From a virus, in IMG/VR virus record IMGVR_UViG_3300022223_000004, positions 6,499 through 70,498 of that record: 64,000 nt of DNA. One strand, 5' to 3'. Of this stretch, positions 35,172 through 47,183 are shown piece after piece. The position numbers were made by a program, and so were the translations under genes. The notes beneath the pieces were generated by a model, which was given only the letters and a program-made list of their open reading frames with translations, did not search any database and was not told where the DNA came from. Position 1 is the stretch's first letter; each line of letters starts with the position of its first letter.

Positions 35172-35880
35172 AGATCAAATTATCGAAATCCACAAAAATG
35201 GAAAGTAATTTTTTAAATGACCTCTCCAAAAAAGATATTGACTGGGTTTCAATACCATCATTGGAGATAGTCAACGTCAAAACCCTTTGACCTTCCTCCG
35301 GAGAGGATCCAACCAAATGGGAAGTGATGGTAGAAGTGAAGTCCTCTTCCTTATAATTAAGAAACTTTAAACTATTTCTCTCCAAAGCGGCGGACATCAT
35401 ATTAAAGAAATCCTCTCTGTTTAATTCCTCTCCACCGGAGAGGTATTCCTCAAAGTAAGAGAACAATAGACCCCCTTTAGCATGATAATCCAAATCACTA
35501 AAATGGAGATAATCGGTATCTCTGGGGAAATGGAGAACGAACATACTTGGAAGGTCCTCTTCCTCTAAAGGAAACTCCTTTGCCAATTCTTGTATTTTAC
35601 CTTCCATGAGTGGACTACTATAAGAGGCCTTAGATACAGTCCTATGCAAAGTAAGAATTCCAGAACAGTCTATACCACCCAAGAAATAGCATCTCATGTG
35701 CTCTAGGAGCATTCCACAACTTGCCACAAATAGGTAATATTTTCTGGAACAGAAAGGGCATTTATATATTAATAATTCAGGATCCTTTATTGGCTCCAAA
35801 GTCTCAGACGAATCGGGAATACTGATAAATCTATCCCCATTATCAACTCTGTACCCTCTAAAAGTGGTTCTGGTAATCAT
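35128..35880 (-). CDS. hypothetical protein with C2H2-like motif
   Basis: 'YKCPFCSR...LLEHM'. Confidence 0.65.
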   Translation of the reverse strand: MITRTTFRGYRVDNGDRFISIPDSSETLEPIKDPELLIYKCPFCSRKYYLFVASCGMLLEHMRCYFLGGIDCSGILTLHRTVSKASYSSPLMEGKIQELAKEFPLEEEDLPSMFVLHFPRDTDYLHFSDLDYHAKGGLLFSYFEEYLSGGEELNREDFFNMMSAALERNSLKFLNYKEEDFTSTITSHLVGSSPEEGQRVLTLTISNDGIETQSISFLERSFKKLLSIFVDFDNLIYGGNKNNETQKTSH

Positions 35881-36146
35881 CTTAATCTCCTTCTTTTTCT
35901 CAATATAGGTTTTTCCGTTAATGGTCTTTTTGCCAAAAGGCTATCACTGCTATCACTCTTTAAAAAATCAACAATAAAAGGACGTGGTTGGTAGGTAGGC
36001 TCTATAATAACTTTCCTTTCCTCTACCACTCGGGTATAGATAGACTGCATCAATTGGTATAGGTCTATTAAATATTCAGCCACATCGGAAGGAACGTCAT
36101 AGACTTTACCTCCTATGTCTACCTTTTTCATTTCTTTTTTATCCAT
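35877..36146 (-). CDS. hypothetical protein
   Basis: Packed ORF with ATGA overlap. Confidence 0.6.
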   Translation of the reverse strand: MDKKEMKKVDIGGKVYDVPSDVAEYLIDLYQLMQSIYTRVVEERKVIIEPTYQPRPFIVDFLKSDSSDSLLAKRPLTEKPILRKRRRLR

Positions 36147-38007
36147 GCTGGCCCCATTCAAAATGTGATCCATATTTGTCTTTTACCACAGTAACCATGT
36201 CATCAAAATTTCCATACTCCAAGAATCTTTGATCTGCCACCCATATCTGTTTATTTTCTTGGATACTATGCATTGATAGTGTTTCCAATAAATCCAAAAT
36301 GCCTTCTTCTGATAACCAAGAGGAAGGTTCATCCCAGACTTCCAAATTGGAACTGACTCCATATCTATCAAAAATCAAATTGGACAATCCAATACTACTG
36401 GAGAGTAGGAGTCTTTGCATTTCTCCTCCTGACCAAGACTCCCACGGAACAGGCTTTTTATTATAAGGACTCTGTACCATCACAGAAAATCCTTTGGAAA
36501 CTGTTTTCGATTTGGTCTCTGTCTCCACATCAAAAGATAATCCCCATTTTTCCATTCCTAATTTACTCAAATAATTATTAGCCTCTATCTCAAACTGGGT
36601 CAGGAATTCAGATACTAAAAACAATCTCACTTCCCTAAAACCCTTTTCCCAGTATTTGGAATATTCCAAATCTCTTTCTAAGTGAGAAATTGCTCGGTCC
36701 ATGACCGCACTACTTTTTTTCAGAATGTTCATTTCTTTTAGAGTGGTTTTTATTTCCTCTTTAAAAGGATTCTTTTGTTCTTGTACCTCCTGCAAATCAT
36801 TAAGGGTTTCCTTTTTCTTTTTTTCTAGGTCCCTTAAGCGCCTATTGGCAGAATGGTAGTCAGACTTAATCCCATCAACCTCTCTTAAATGGTTATTGGT
36901 TTTTCTGTCCAAAATGGATAGTTTATTTTTTATTTTTTGAATTTTCTCTTCCAACTCCTCCCTCTCTACTAAAAGGGCAGGAACTGCCTTTGATGCCTTC
37001 TTCCATTTGTCTTTCAATTTCCTTAATCGGGAATTGTAGTGGTCTTTGTCTATAATTTGCATACAGGATCCACAACGGCTTTTCTTTCCAGAGGACTCAA
37101 ATCTCCTAAACTCTGAATAATCTTCCTTAGCGGCATCTTTCTCTCCCAATGCCTGGCCTATCTTTTTATTAAGAATATCCAACCTATTAGTTTTTTTACC
37201 CAGTGTCCTATATTCCTCTCCTCTTATGCCAAGCAATTCCCTCCCCACATCATCTAAAGATTCCAAATGGTTTTGTAAGTGGGTTAAATCTTTTTTATTT
37301 TTTTTGATTTCCTTTTCCGTTGCACTTAATTCATCCTTTAAAACCCTAACTCTGGATTCTTTTGACTTGCCCCAATCTGCATGGAATTTCTGAGTCTTGC
37401 CTAAGGACTTTTTTAATTCTTCCTGCTTGCCTTTAATATAGGATAGATCCTCAGTCAGGTCTCTTTTGGTTTCCCTAGCCTCTGCATGGCTTGAGGAGGC
37501 TTTTTTACTTCTCAGTAACCAATCATCCAAGTTTAAAATATCAGTGAACAATTTTAATTTGGCTGCAGGCAGTAAATCAAAAAACTTTTGGTTTTTTTGT
37601 CCAAAGATTATTGAATACACAAAAGAATCAAAAGGGATTCGGATAGCCTCTAAAATCTCCTCCTGTGTGACCATTTTATCATCCAATAGTATTTTATTGG
37701 GCTCCATACTCCTATATATGTTTCTTTCTTTTCCCTCTTCATCCAAAAAAGTCAATGAACCATAAAAAGGCTTTTTTGCCTTCCAAGATTTAATATTGCC
37801 AGCTTTCATGCCCCTCAATGTTTTTCCATATAGAGTCCATGTCACTGTATCCCATAAACTGGATTTCCCTGCGGCATTGGAACCCATCCTGGGTTCGCTT
37901 TCATTCCTTCCAAACATAAAATAAAGTCCTGGCTTACTGGGAAACTTAAAGGTCCTTTCCTCAGAAAAAGATTTTATTCCTGCCATTTTTTGTTCTTTAA
38001 AAATCAT
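36139..38007 (-). CDS. SbcC/Rad50 (gp46-like) ATPase
   Basis: Walker A 'GSNAAGKSS', coiled coil with 'CGSC' zinc hook, 'SGGE', 'WDEP'. Confidence 0.92.
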   Translation of the reverse strand: MIFKEQKMAGIKSFSEERTFKFPSKPGLYFMFGRNESEPRMGSNAAGKSSLWDTVTWTLYGKTLRGMKAGNIKSWKAKKPFYGSLTFLDEEGKERNIYRSMEPNKILLDDKMVTQEEILEAIRIPFDSFVYSIIFGQKNQKFFDLLPAAKLKLFTDILNLDDWLLRSKKASSSHAEARETKRDLTEDLSYIKGKQEELKKSLGKTQKFHADWGKSKESRVRVLKDELSATEKEIKKNKKDLTHLQNHLESLDDVGRELLGIRGEEYRTLGKKTNRLDILNKKIGQALGEKDAAKEDYSEFRRFESSGKKSRCGSCMQIIDKDHYNSRLRKLKDKWKKASKAVPALLVEREELEEKIQKIKNKLSILDRKTNNHLREVDGIKSDYHSANRRLRDLEKKKKETLNDLQEVQEQKNPFKEEIKTTLKEMNILKKSSAVMDRAISHLERDLEYSKYWEKGFREVRLFLVSEFLTQFEIEANNYLSKLGMEKWGLSFDVETETKSKTVSKGFSVMVQSPYNKKPVPWESWSGGEMQRLLLSSSIGLSNLIFDRYGVSSNLEVWDEPSSWLSEEGILDLLETLSMHSIQENKQIWVADQRFLEYGNFDDMVTVVKDKYGSHFEWGQHG

Positions 38008-39023
38008 AGTAAATCAATTCCATATTTTAATAAGTCCCTTCCAAGCCTCTCTTTACTAGAAAACTTCTCCAAGACAGACAATTCGGTTGATGATGAAATG
38101 GGGTTTTTTACTCTCCGCTCCTCCTTATGCTGAACCTCCCTTCTCTTTATTTCCTTAATTTCAATACCCTTTACCTTTATTTTTCTATAAGCCAATTCCT
38201 GAAGGACTTCCGATTTAATTTCTTTCCATACAGGAAAGTCGGATCTTGGTAATAGATATTTCACCTTAATATAATCCCCTTCTTTTGCTTCCAAATCCCC
38301 TAAACAATCCTTTAAATGTTCCAAAGACTTGATGGTAATGCTGATCTTTGAAGGGTATCCAGTAGAAGGAATCATTTTAACTTTATTTTTTTTGACATCC
38401 AAAAGCATAATTCTGGGATTGAATACATCTCCAAAATGAACAGCATAAGGAGTCCCCACATAAGTAATGCCTCCCACAGTCTGAGGAACATGAATATCCC
38501 CAGAGAATACCCTGCCTTTAAATCCTAAATCCCTAAAAAAATGTCTAGGGAATCCTTCTAGTTTCATTCCATTAGATGCAACGGCTCCGTCAACTGATTG
38601 ATGGATAAAAATAGAATGAATTCCTGTATAGTCCAAATCCTTCCATTCGGTTATAGGATCTCTAGTATGAGGCAAAAAAAGTAAATCCTTGCCTTCTATT
38701 TCCAATATTAAAGGAGAGGACACAAAAGAAATGCCTTCCATTTTATCTAAAAATCGCATAAAAGGATTTTCTGGATCAATATAGTCGTGGTTGCCTTTTA
38801 ATATAAAAATAGGAATTTTCTGGGCTAGACTAAAAAGTGTATCGGAGATTCTATTAACCAATTCTGAGGAATGCCTATCCTTATCATGGGTTAAATCTCC
38901 TAAAATAAAAAGATATTTGACTCCATGATCAACTACCTTCCTTTTAAGTCTATTCATAAAAGTCCACCTATACCTGTCGTCTTCCCTTAGGTTTAAATGG
39001 AGGTCTGTGGTTATCAATATCAT
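38004..39023 (-). CDS. SbcD/Mre11 (gp47-like) nuclease
   Basis: 'TDLH', 'LGDL', 'GNHD', 'SGDIH' metallophosphoesterase motifs. Confidence 0.92.
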   Translation of the reverse strand: MILITTDLHLNLREDDRYRWTFMNRLKRKVVDHGVKYLFILGDLTHDKDRHSSELVNRISDTLFSLAQKIPIFILKGNHDYIDPENPFMRFLDKMEGISFVSSPLILEIEGKDLLFLPHTRDPITEWKDLDYTGIHSIFIHQSVDGAVASNGMKLEGFPRHFFRDLGFKGRVFSGDIHVPQTVGGITYVGTPYAVHFGDVFNPRIMLLDVKKNKVKMIPSTGYPSKISITIKSLEHLKDCLGDLEAKEGDYIKVKYLLPRSDFPVWKEIKSEVLQELAYRKIKVKGIEIKEIKRREVQHKEERRVKNPISSSTELSVLEKFSSKERLGRDLLKYGIDLL

Positions 39024-39024
39024 T

Positions 39025-39540
39025 CTATTTTCCCTTTTTATACTTCCAAGAATACAATGCCATTAAGGTTGCGTCTGCCCTATCTATATCCTTTTTTCTG
39101 GAAAAGAAATGCCGATGGTCAGGAAACATTTTACATACCAAATCCCTAGCGGCATCTTTATCTTTGTTAAGAAGGGAAAAGGATTTTTTCCAAATCGCTG
39201 GAGTAGTCATAATATAAGGAATATTATTATAGGCTAATGCCATTTCCAACATCCCTGCTGCCTTGCCAAAACTAAACATGGAAGTCACCCCTTGGCGGGG
39301 CATAGCTCCTACTTGTTCCATCATCCCAAATTTAATCTCATACGTTCCAGAAATAGTGCCAAACAATTGTAGGAGTTTGCTGGCATCTAGTTGATTGCCT
39401 TTTCCGCTACTCTTTGCAATTATTGGAAAATCAAAAACATCAAATAAGTCTCCTTCTTCAGAAACAAGGGATACCGCTCCTTTTAATCCAGGATCCAATC
39501 CTAAGTATGCAGGAATTTTTATGAGTTGTTTTCTATCCAT
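39025..39540 (-). CDS. RuvC-like Holliday junction resolvase
   Basis: 'LGLDPG..GA', 'EQVGAMPRQGVTSMFSFG', 'P..WK', 'RADA.LMA'. Confidence 0.88.
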   Translation of the reverse strand: MDRKQLIKIPAYLGLDPGLKGAVSLVSEEGDLFDVFDFPIIAKSSGKGNQLDASKLLQLFGTISGTYEIKFGMMEQVGAMPRQGVTSMFSFGKAAGMLEMALAYNNIPYIMTTPAIWKKSFSLLNKDKDAARDLVCKMFPDHRHFFSRKKDIDRADATLMALYSWKYKKGK

Positions 39541-40714
39541 CAAGAATCCCTGAATGTTTCCCATAAGACTCCAATAAAAGTTTGTATAAATCCTCCTCTA
39601 TTATTGTGTCTATTACTAAATGAACCCTGACAGACTTCCCATTGTTTACCGCTTGATGTGGTTTATGGATTTCTAAGTAATATAATTTTCCTGCCTCCAT
39701 GTGGTGTTTTTGTTTTCCTCCTTCCATATCCCATGTGGTAAACCAAACCTTGTTATTAGTGACCAAAGGGATATGCAATCGAGCAATGCCCTTTTTAGCG
39801 AATTTAACCTCCTTGCCCATCTTATCCGTGTGTCTACCTAGCTCTCCTCCCCCAGGAGTTAAAAACATAAATCGAATCCTATCCTTTTTCCCTGGTATGC
39901 TATTGCATAGCCTTTGCACTAAAGGAAATTTTTTCATCAAAGGGGTGTCTTTGCATTTTGCATCCAATAGATTTTCATTTTCTTTTTTCCATTTTCTAGG
40001 CATAGAGGAGGGCTTTATAATGAATCTTTCATCCCCATATCCTCGCAGACTCAAAGCTGACCAAGAATTTCCTTTATTGTAATTACTCCAATGATTTGCT
40101 CCTTGCAATTCAGAAACCTGTTTAGCCAACTTCCGCGCATCTTTTTTAAAGGAGTCACTAATCGAAATTGGAAAACAATCCAATCTATCTGGATAAAAAG
40201 CCTCAGGCTCATTTAAGTTAAAGATCACATTGGGTCCTGCTTTTACAAAGACTCCTATAACATCTGCAAAGGCCGTCACCTTTGAAGTGGCATGGAAATA
40301 CCCTCTAGTATTTAAAGGAGACAAAAGCTTATGACTATCCTCTCCTAAAGGAAGTTCCAATACCAAAGGGTTTTTCTGTTTAATGATTTCCCTCAAAAGG
40401 TGGATCCTCATTTTACAACTATCCCCTTTCATAGCAAAATAATCCAAACGGGTGTAAGGACCTATGATCTTTGCTACAGGGAATCCTGCAATATTTTGTA
40501 TCAAGGTGGTTCTCCTATTCAAGGAGGATAGTTTGCCGAATGCCACCATTCTTTTATCCTTGTGCATAGTAAAGGATAAAGCAGGATCCATTCCGTTCAA
40601 TTTATGCTTATTCATTTTCCTAAATGGATCTTTTAAAACCCTGCTCTCTTCCTCTCCACATATAGAAAGGATTTTTTTCATATTAGACTTTTTTAGGGGA
40701 ATGATAACAGTCAT
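39533..40714 (-). CDS. 2OG-Fe(II) oxygenase (Asp/Asn beta-hydroxylase-like) with N-terminal GNAT-like domain
   Basis: 'RIRFM.L.PGGGELGRHTD', 'RLHIPLVTN', 'KPHQAVN.G...RVHLVID' give HxD...H...R. Confidence 0.85.
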   Translation of the reverse strand: MTVIIPLKKSNMKKILSICGEEESRVLKDPFRKMNKHKLNGMDPALSFTMHKDKRMVAFGKLSSLNRRTTLIQNIAGFPVAKIIGPYTRLDYFAMKGDSCKMRIHLLREIIKQKNPLVLELPLGEDSHKLLSPLNTRGYFHATSKVTAFADVIGVFVKAGPNVIFNLNEPEAFYPDRLDCFPISISDSFKKDARKLAKQVSELQGANHWSNYNKGNSWSALSLRGYGDERFIIKPSSMPRKWKKENENLLDAKCKDTPLMKKFPLVQRLCNSIPGKKDRIRFMFLTPGGGELGRHTDKMGKEVKFAKKGIARLHIPLVTNNKVWFTTWDMEGGKQKHHMEAGKLYYLEIHKPHQAVNNGKSVRVHLVIDTIIEEDLYKLLLESYGKHSGILDG

Positions 40715-41649
40715 TGGTATTTCCTCTTAGCAGGCATAAAGGAAGTCTCTATCTCTCTCCATTTTTTATGTACCAATTCCCTGGTCCTTTTGTGATTGGC
40801 AGGAGCCTTAACCCCAATTTCCTTTAAAAAATGGGCACAGGCTGTTTCATCATCCATTCCATAGTTAAATAAGATAGGGAATTCACACTGCCTATAAGGC
40901 AGTCCCACTTTATTTTTTTCATTCTTGGCAATTACCTGGATTCCAATATTCCTTTTCTGTTTTTTTATTGTTTGGTTGATTTTCTTCTTTTCGGCAAGCC
41001 AGACAATCTGTGCCGCATAAAAATCTAATGCTTTGCCTCCTGACCTTTTATGCTTTTTCCCAAACATAACTCCAATATTATCCCTGATTTGAGAAATGAT
41101 CAGGAAAAAGACATTATGCCTTTCTAATCTATCCTCTAACCTCCTCAAAGCCTCCCCCACTTTCTTAGCCTTTGTTCCATAAGAACCATCATCAATCTTT
41201 CTTTTTCTTTCACCTTCATCGGAGATGGCATCTAAAGAATCCAAAATATAAACCGTAGGACCTTTGTCTTTTTTTCCTAAACAATTTTCCTCCAGATGGG
41301 AGTAAACTTCCTCTATAGTCCCTAAGGTAGTCAATGTGGCATCTTTAGGAAAACCCAGAGATCGGGCATAAGGGACATCAAAAGTTTCTCCACCACCCAC
41401 AGTATAGAAGATTTTTCCATCAGGAAAAAGTTTTCTGAAATTGGCAGTAAGCTCAATGGCAATCAATGTTTTTCCTGTAGACTTATCTCCTACAAGATTA
41501 GCGAGTCTGCCTAAAGCCCAGCCTCCTCCTAAAATGCAATCCAACAAAGCACATCCCGAAGGAATATAAGTTATATCCACTTCGTCCTCAAAGTAGAAAT
41601 TCTTAGGGGATACTTTCCTAAGACTTCCGGCTAATGCTCTTTTCTTCAT
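40711..41649 (-). CDS. recA: RecA-like recombinase
   Basis: 'SG...LD..LGGG...GR', 'GDKSTGKT', 'ILDS', 'SQIRD.IGVMFG', 'GGKALDFYA', 'KNKV..P'. Confidence 0.92.
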   Translation of the reverse strand: MKKRALAGSLRKVSPKNFYFEDEVDITYIPSGCALLDCILGGGWALGRLANLVGDKSTGKTLIAIELTANFRKLFPDGKIFYTVGGGETFDVPYARSLGFPKDATLTTLGTIEEVYSHLEENCLGKKDKGPTVYILDSLDAISDEGERKRKIDDGSYGTKAKKVGEALRRLEDRLERHNVFFLIISQIRDNIGVMFGKKHKRSGGKALDFYAAQIVWLAEKKKINQTIKKQKRNIGIQVIAKNEKNKVGLPYRQCEFPILFNYGMDDETACAHFLKEIGVKAPANHKRTRELVHKKWREIETSFMPAKRKYQ

Positions 41650-41708
41650 TACTATCTCCTTCAGGCTGGGGTTTCCCCCAGCCAGATGACCATCACAAAA
41701 AACTCAAT

Positions 41709-42875
<1,167 letters not shown>

Positions 42876-43044
42876 TTTAATACTCCTTACTTTGATTAAT
42901 AAAAATATTAAGAGGGCTTTATAGTCTCCCAAAGACTTTTAAACGATTAAAAAAGGAATACCGAAATCCAGTAAATAGAGAATAGGAATATGGCAGTAAT
43001 CAATATCATTTTTAAAATCGTATAGATCACTTCCATCATCTCCA

Positions 43045-43584
43045 TTACCGTCTCCCCCTTCCTATGCCCTTTCTGTCTACCGGGGGTCTTTGGTATTCAT
43101 TAGATGAATCCTTGCTGTAATATTGGGCAATATACAATTCCGCAAGTTTGTTCACCATAAACCCCCGTTGTCTAAAAGACTCCTGCATAATCTCCCATTG
43201 GGAAGCTTCCATTTTAGCAGTCCTATAAACATCGTATGCCTTGACCACCCTGGAATCACTCCTGACCTCTGCCTTTATGGCATAGTCAGTTGGTGCTTTT
43301 TCTTTTGTTCCCTTTTTGGAATAAGCATCTTTCTTTTCCTGGTAAACCTCTGCCTCTACCCTTTCCAATTCATCTTTAGCCCTGTCCCTGGCGCTCTGGG
43401 CAAATACACATTCCTCTCCTATTTTTTGCATTGTAGGGGAATGCTCAATCAGTTCCTCATCCAATTCATTTTTATTTATTTTAAGAGTATCTGGAGCAGA
43501 GTCCAGGGTTAAGGATCTTTTCCGTAAAGGAACCTCCCTTTCTTTTTTCCTACTACTTACTTTTAATTTTCTTTTTAGCGCCAT
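43045..43584 (-). CDS. UvsY-like recombination mediator
   Basis: Helical coiled coil 'LKIN..ELDEEL..H', 'TDYAIKAEV..D', 'SF.QRGFM...L'; lies next to SSB. Confidence 0.6.
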   Translation of the reverse strand: MALKRKLKVSSRKKEREVPLRKRSLTLDSAPDTLKINKNELDEELIEHSPTMQKIGEECVFAQSARDRAKDELERVEAEVYQEKKDAYSKKGTKEKAPTDYAIKAEVRSDSRVVKAYDVYRTAKMEASQWEIMQESFRQRGFMVNKLAELYIAQYYSKDSSNEYQRPPVDRKGIGRGRR

Positions 43585-43646
43585 CTTTTCCCTCCTTTAT
43601 AAATATCAAACTCATTATAACTATATCAAAAAATAACTCCTAAAAC

Positions 43647-44573
43647 TTAAAGCAAAAGCCTGCCTAGTGCTAATATCAACGGAGCCAATTTATCACTTTC
43701 CTGAAAAGGAGTTTCAAACTCCTCTAAAATAGCCAAAAGTTTTTCAGTTCCTTTTCTAGGGTTTTTCAATAGGCAGGCGGCGGCATAATTTACCATGATG
43801 ATACGGACAGACTCTGGATTTATTCCATCCTTAAAAGAATTAACAATGGAAATGGCATCGGAAAAATCAATCTTTTCCCAGGCTAGTTTTCTAACCAATT
43901 CTATTACCTCGGCATTCTCATAACCTGTTTTTAGCAAATCCCTAGCATCATCCGCAGTTTTGGCAGATTTACATAGAGATAGATAGGAAAGCGCCTGTCT
44001 AGGACATCCTTGTGAGGCCCGCACAATGATATCCAAAACACTATTGGGAGTTTCATACTCCTCTTCCTCGATAACTTCTTCCAAAAGGTCTCGAATCATT
44101 CCAGGAGGCACTTCATGCAAGGCGTAGTCATGGCAACGGGTACGGATGGTTTTAGGAACCTTAGAGACTTCCGTAGTGCAAAAGATCCAATAAAAGTTTT
44201 TAGGGGAATCCTCAATAGGTTTTAGTAGGGCTTGCCATGCCTGTTTTGATAAAGAATGGCATTCATCCAGTATGACCACACGGGCCTTGGATACCAGAGA
44301 ATTGAATCCTTGATGGGACGTGAGATTCCTCACCCCTTCTACTCCAGAGGAAGTGGCAGCATCCACCTCTATCAATTCAGAAGGATGGCACCCCAACTCC
44401 GATGCAAGTATCCTAGCAATGGTAGTCTTTCCTACTCCAGAAGGTCCATGAAAAAGAAAAGCTGAAGGAATCTTTCCTGGACCTTCTTCCAATTTAGACT
44501 GCAAAGAGGCAATAACCTTTTCCTGTCCTAAAACCTCTTCAAAGGTCTCTGGTCTGTAATCTGTGGTTAGCAT
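43647..44573 (-). CDS. clamp loader AAA+ subunit (DnaX gamma/tau-like)
   Basis: 'YRPETFEEVLGQ', 'GPSGVGKTT', 'ILDECH.LS..A..ALLK..E', 'TIRTRC', 'G.PR.AL'. Confidence 0.92.
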   Translation of the reverse strand: MLTTDYRPETFEEVLGQEKVIASLQSKLEEGPGKIPSAFLFHGPSGVGKTTIARILASELGCHPSELIEVDAATSSGVEGVRNLTSHQGFNSLVSKARVVILDECHSLSKQAWQALLKPIEDSPKNFYWIFCTTEVSKVPKTIRTRCHDYALHEVPPGMIRDLLEEVIEEEEYETPNSVLDIIVRASQGCPRQALSYLSLCKSAKTADDARDLLKTGYENAEVIELVRKLAWEKIDFSDAISIVNSFKDGINPESVRIIMVNYAAACLLKNPRKGTEKLLAILEEFETPFQESDKLAPLILALGRLLL

Positions 44574-44588
44574 GTTTATCTCCTATTG

Positions 44589-47183
44589 TTATTCAAAGTC
44601 AGTGGATGAAACCACCAGTAAAGTTTTTTGGTCTGCCCAATTATCCCCCACTTCAAACTCAGCGATCAGTGGCACATTAATAAAGTCAAGGTCAGGGAAA
44701 ACCATTATCTCTCCTATCAACAATACATCATCCTTATAGGTATCTGCATTTAAGTAAAAACCTATTTCATCATGGGTATTAAGTATTTGGGCAAAATCAG
44801 TTTCCGCATCAAGCCTATTCTGTGCATCAATGGTAATATCTGATGCCAACCCTTGGATACCAGTATTAATCACCTCATTATATTTGATAGGACCTTGACG
44901 GCGCCGACCTAATAATGATTCCACATATCCAAACTGGTGATAGTCCCTCAGTGTTTTATTTTGCCAATCTTTCAATCCTGGATGCTCTTCCCAAAACTCT
45001 CCTGCTAATTCAAAAGCCAGATCGGTTGTGCATTTCATATACCTTGCCAAAGAGGGAGGGGCTGCTCCATAAATTAACGGGAAAACCCATCCATTCTTTG
45101 CGGCATGTCTGGCTTGTTTTATTAAAAGTTTTTTATCCTCAATTTTGTATTCTTCATAGATTCTTTCCAGAAATCCTTTATCCTCTTCCATGAAACGATT
45201 TGCCCAGGTCTGGTGTACATCCATTCCCCCATTTAAAGACTCCACCAATTTTTCATCCCTAGATGCCATAGCCGCACAACGGAACTCAATAGCACCATAA
45301 TCTCCTAAAACCATTTTCATCCCTTTCGGTGCCTTTATAACCTTCCTTATGTATTTATTTTTATGTTTAGGGTAGTTCTGGAGATTCGGATCGGAGCTAC
45401 TTAGCCTCCCCGTAGTGGTAAATTTATCATTATAATTAGGATGAATTCTTCCATCGTCTGCGGTATAGGTATAAATAGCCTCTAGGTTGGTTCCTTTTCT
45501 GGAGTTTAATGACCTATACTCTATAATTAAATGAGGAGATTTATACTCATTTTCAGGGATGGATAGTAATGCCTTTTCATCCGTTGATTCCAACACCTCC
45601 TTCCTTTTCAAAACATCTCTAAAAAGGAAAGAAACATCTTGGGTGGATTCAGGATTAAAATCTGACTTCCCAGACATTCTTTTGAATTTTTTAAGCTCAG
45701 AGGTTTTGTCCAATTCTTTCTTGATTTCAGAGAGCCTCTTGGTAATCTTTTTATCCAATCTCTTGGTTTCTTTAAGATCAGGAACTAATCCTTTAATAGA
45801 TAGGGAAGAAAGGGTACGACTAGTCCTTATATGATGTGGATAAACAAAGTCTAAAAGCCTCCTGTTTTCCTTTCTTAATAAAACCTTGCGCTGTTGTTCA
45901 AATAGCAAATAGGTCATTTTGGCATCGGCTCCATTATATAACAGTACCTCTTCCAAATCCTCTCCAATCATATTTGTTTTATCTAAAGGGAAAAAGGATT
46001 TCATTCTAATTCCAAAATACTGGAAAACTAAAGAGTCTAAATCCAATCCAGTTTTTCCTTTCTTCCTGGGACGCTGGTCTAGGCAATAGGCTTGGGACAT
46101 GGTATCTTCCCATCGCACCTCATCTTGTCTCCTTTTTAGGTAGAGTGTGCCTATACCAAATACACTACCAGACCATTCCATTTCCATATTAGCATTATGG
46201 GCAATCTTATTTCCTGATTTAGACAAAAAGCTTTTAAACTTTTTCTTAACCTTCTCCCTTAGTTTAATTGGCCATCCTCTAGGGTGTAATAAAGGAAAAG
46301 AGTAAGTCTCCTCTCCATCAGATATGGAAGCTGTGAGTAGACAAGAATCAGAGAAGTAAGGGCGCAGTCGTTGAGTTTCATAATCAATTGCAAACTCCTC
46401 CTTTTCTGCAAATCTATCCAAAACCTTGCAGAATTTTTTATATCCTTTTTCTGAATAGTCAGACAAAACCTTAACGCCATCCAGCACCTGTTCCTTATCC
46501 TCAAAAAATGGAATAGGAATTTTTCTTTTGGACTCCCTTTTATGCTCCTTATGGATTTTTTTTAATTCTAATGTAAAAATATGCTCCTCAGGGGATTCTC
46601 TGTACCCTCCTCTTTTATCATGTATCCCAGAATCTACCAAAGAGTTTAACGAAGGTAAGCAATAATACCAGCAAGTATGCTTTCCAATCCTAATTGGAAA
46701 TCTTTTGCCTCGCCAAATCATCAGATTGCTCTCACCAGAAAATCTTTTTAATGGAGTGCTACCCAACCCTATCACTGCCCAAGGCTTTCTTTTCTCTATG
46801 TCCTTTTCTATCCGAGAATGGCAACAATTTACCTCTACCTCAGTGGGGTCCCTGTCTGAGGGAGTAACACATTTTATTACATTGGAAAACCCTGCTGATC
46901 TTTTCATCTCCCTGGGCAAAGAATCGAACAGGTACTCCTGATCATCTAAACTCAGTGGATGTCCATTCATATCGGCGGAGATGGAAGGTGCTGGTCCTAC
47001 AAAATAGAAAATAGGGTGTTTAGCACCTGCATCCTCCATTTTGGGATTTTCCATTTTTTTATTCCTGTCTAAGGGACAGGCTTTACACCCATACCCCCAA
47101 AGGTCCTCTAAAGGGATTTTTCTTAAATCCCTAACAGAGGCTTTTTTGGAAGCAATGGAATCCTGCTTAAAGAAAAAAGACAT
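44589..47183 (-). CDS. family A DNA polymerase with N-terminal family-4 UDG-like domain and 3'-5' exonuclease
   Basis: UDG 'C..CPL...NVIKC..P..R.PT..EV..C'; exonuclease 'IDYET','HNA','YNGADA'; polymerase 'TGRLSS..PNLQN','DYGAIEFR','R..AK...FP.IYG','HDEI'. Confidence 0.93.
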   Translation of the reverse strand: MSFFFKQDSIASKKASVRDLRKIPLEDLWGYGCKACPLDRNKKMENPKMEDAGAKHPIFYFVGPAPSISADMNGHPLSLDDQEYLFDSLPREMKRSAGFSNVIKCVTPSDRDPTEVEVNCCHSRIEKDIEKRKPWAVIGLGSTPLKRFSGESNLMIWRGKRFPIRIGKHTCWYYCLPSLNSLVDSGIHDKRGGYRESPEEHIFTLELKKIHKEHKRESKRKIPIPFFEDKEQVLDGVKVLSDYSEKGYKKFCKVLDRFAEKEEFAIDYETQRLRPYFSDSCLLTASISDGEETYSFPLLHPRGWPIKLREKVKKKFKSFLSKSGNKIAHNANMEMEWSGSVFGIGTLYLKRRQDEVRWEDTMSQAYCLDQRPRKKGKTGLDLDSLVFQYFGIRMKSFFPLDKTNMIGEDLEEVLLYNGADAKMTYLLFEQQRKVLLRKENRRLLDFVYPHHIRTSRTLSSLSIKGLVPDLKETKRLDKKITKRLSEIKKELDKTSELKKFKRMSGKSDFNPESTQDVSFLFRDVLKRKEVLESTDEKALLSIPENEYKSPHLIIEYRSLNSRKGTNLEAIYTYTADDGRIHPNYNDKFTTTGRLSSSDPNLQNYPKHKNKYIRKVIKAPKGMKMVLGDYGAIEFRCAAMASRDEKLVESLNGGMDVHQTWANRFMEEDKGFLERIYEEYKIEDKKLLIKQARHAAKNGWVFPLIYGAAPPSLARYMKCTTDLAFELAGEFWEEHPGLKDWQNKTLRDYHQFGYVESLLGRRRQGPIKYNEVINTGIQGLASDITIDAQNRLDAETDFAQILNTHDEIGFYLNADTYKDDVLLIGEIMVFPDLDFINVPLIAEFEVGDNWADQKTLLVVSSTDFE

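Noticed and set aside
39184-39197. 13/14-nt complementarity between loop 4 of the hairpin array and RuvC mRNA
   Set aside because: A single mid-CDS match found by eye among many possible comparisons; compatible with chance
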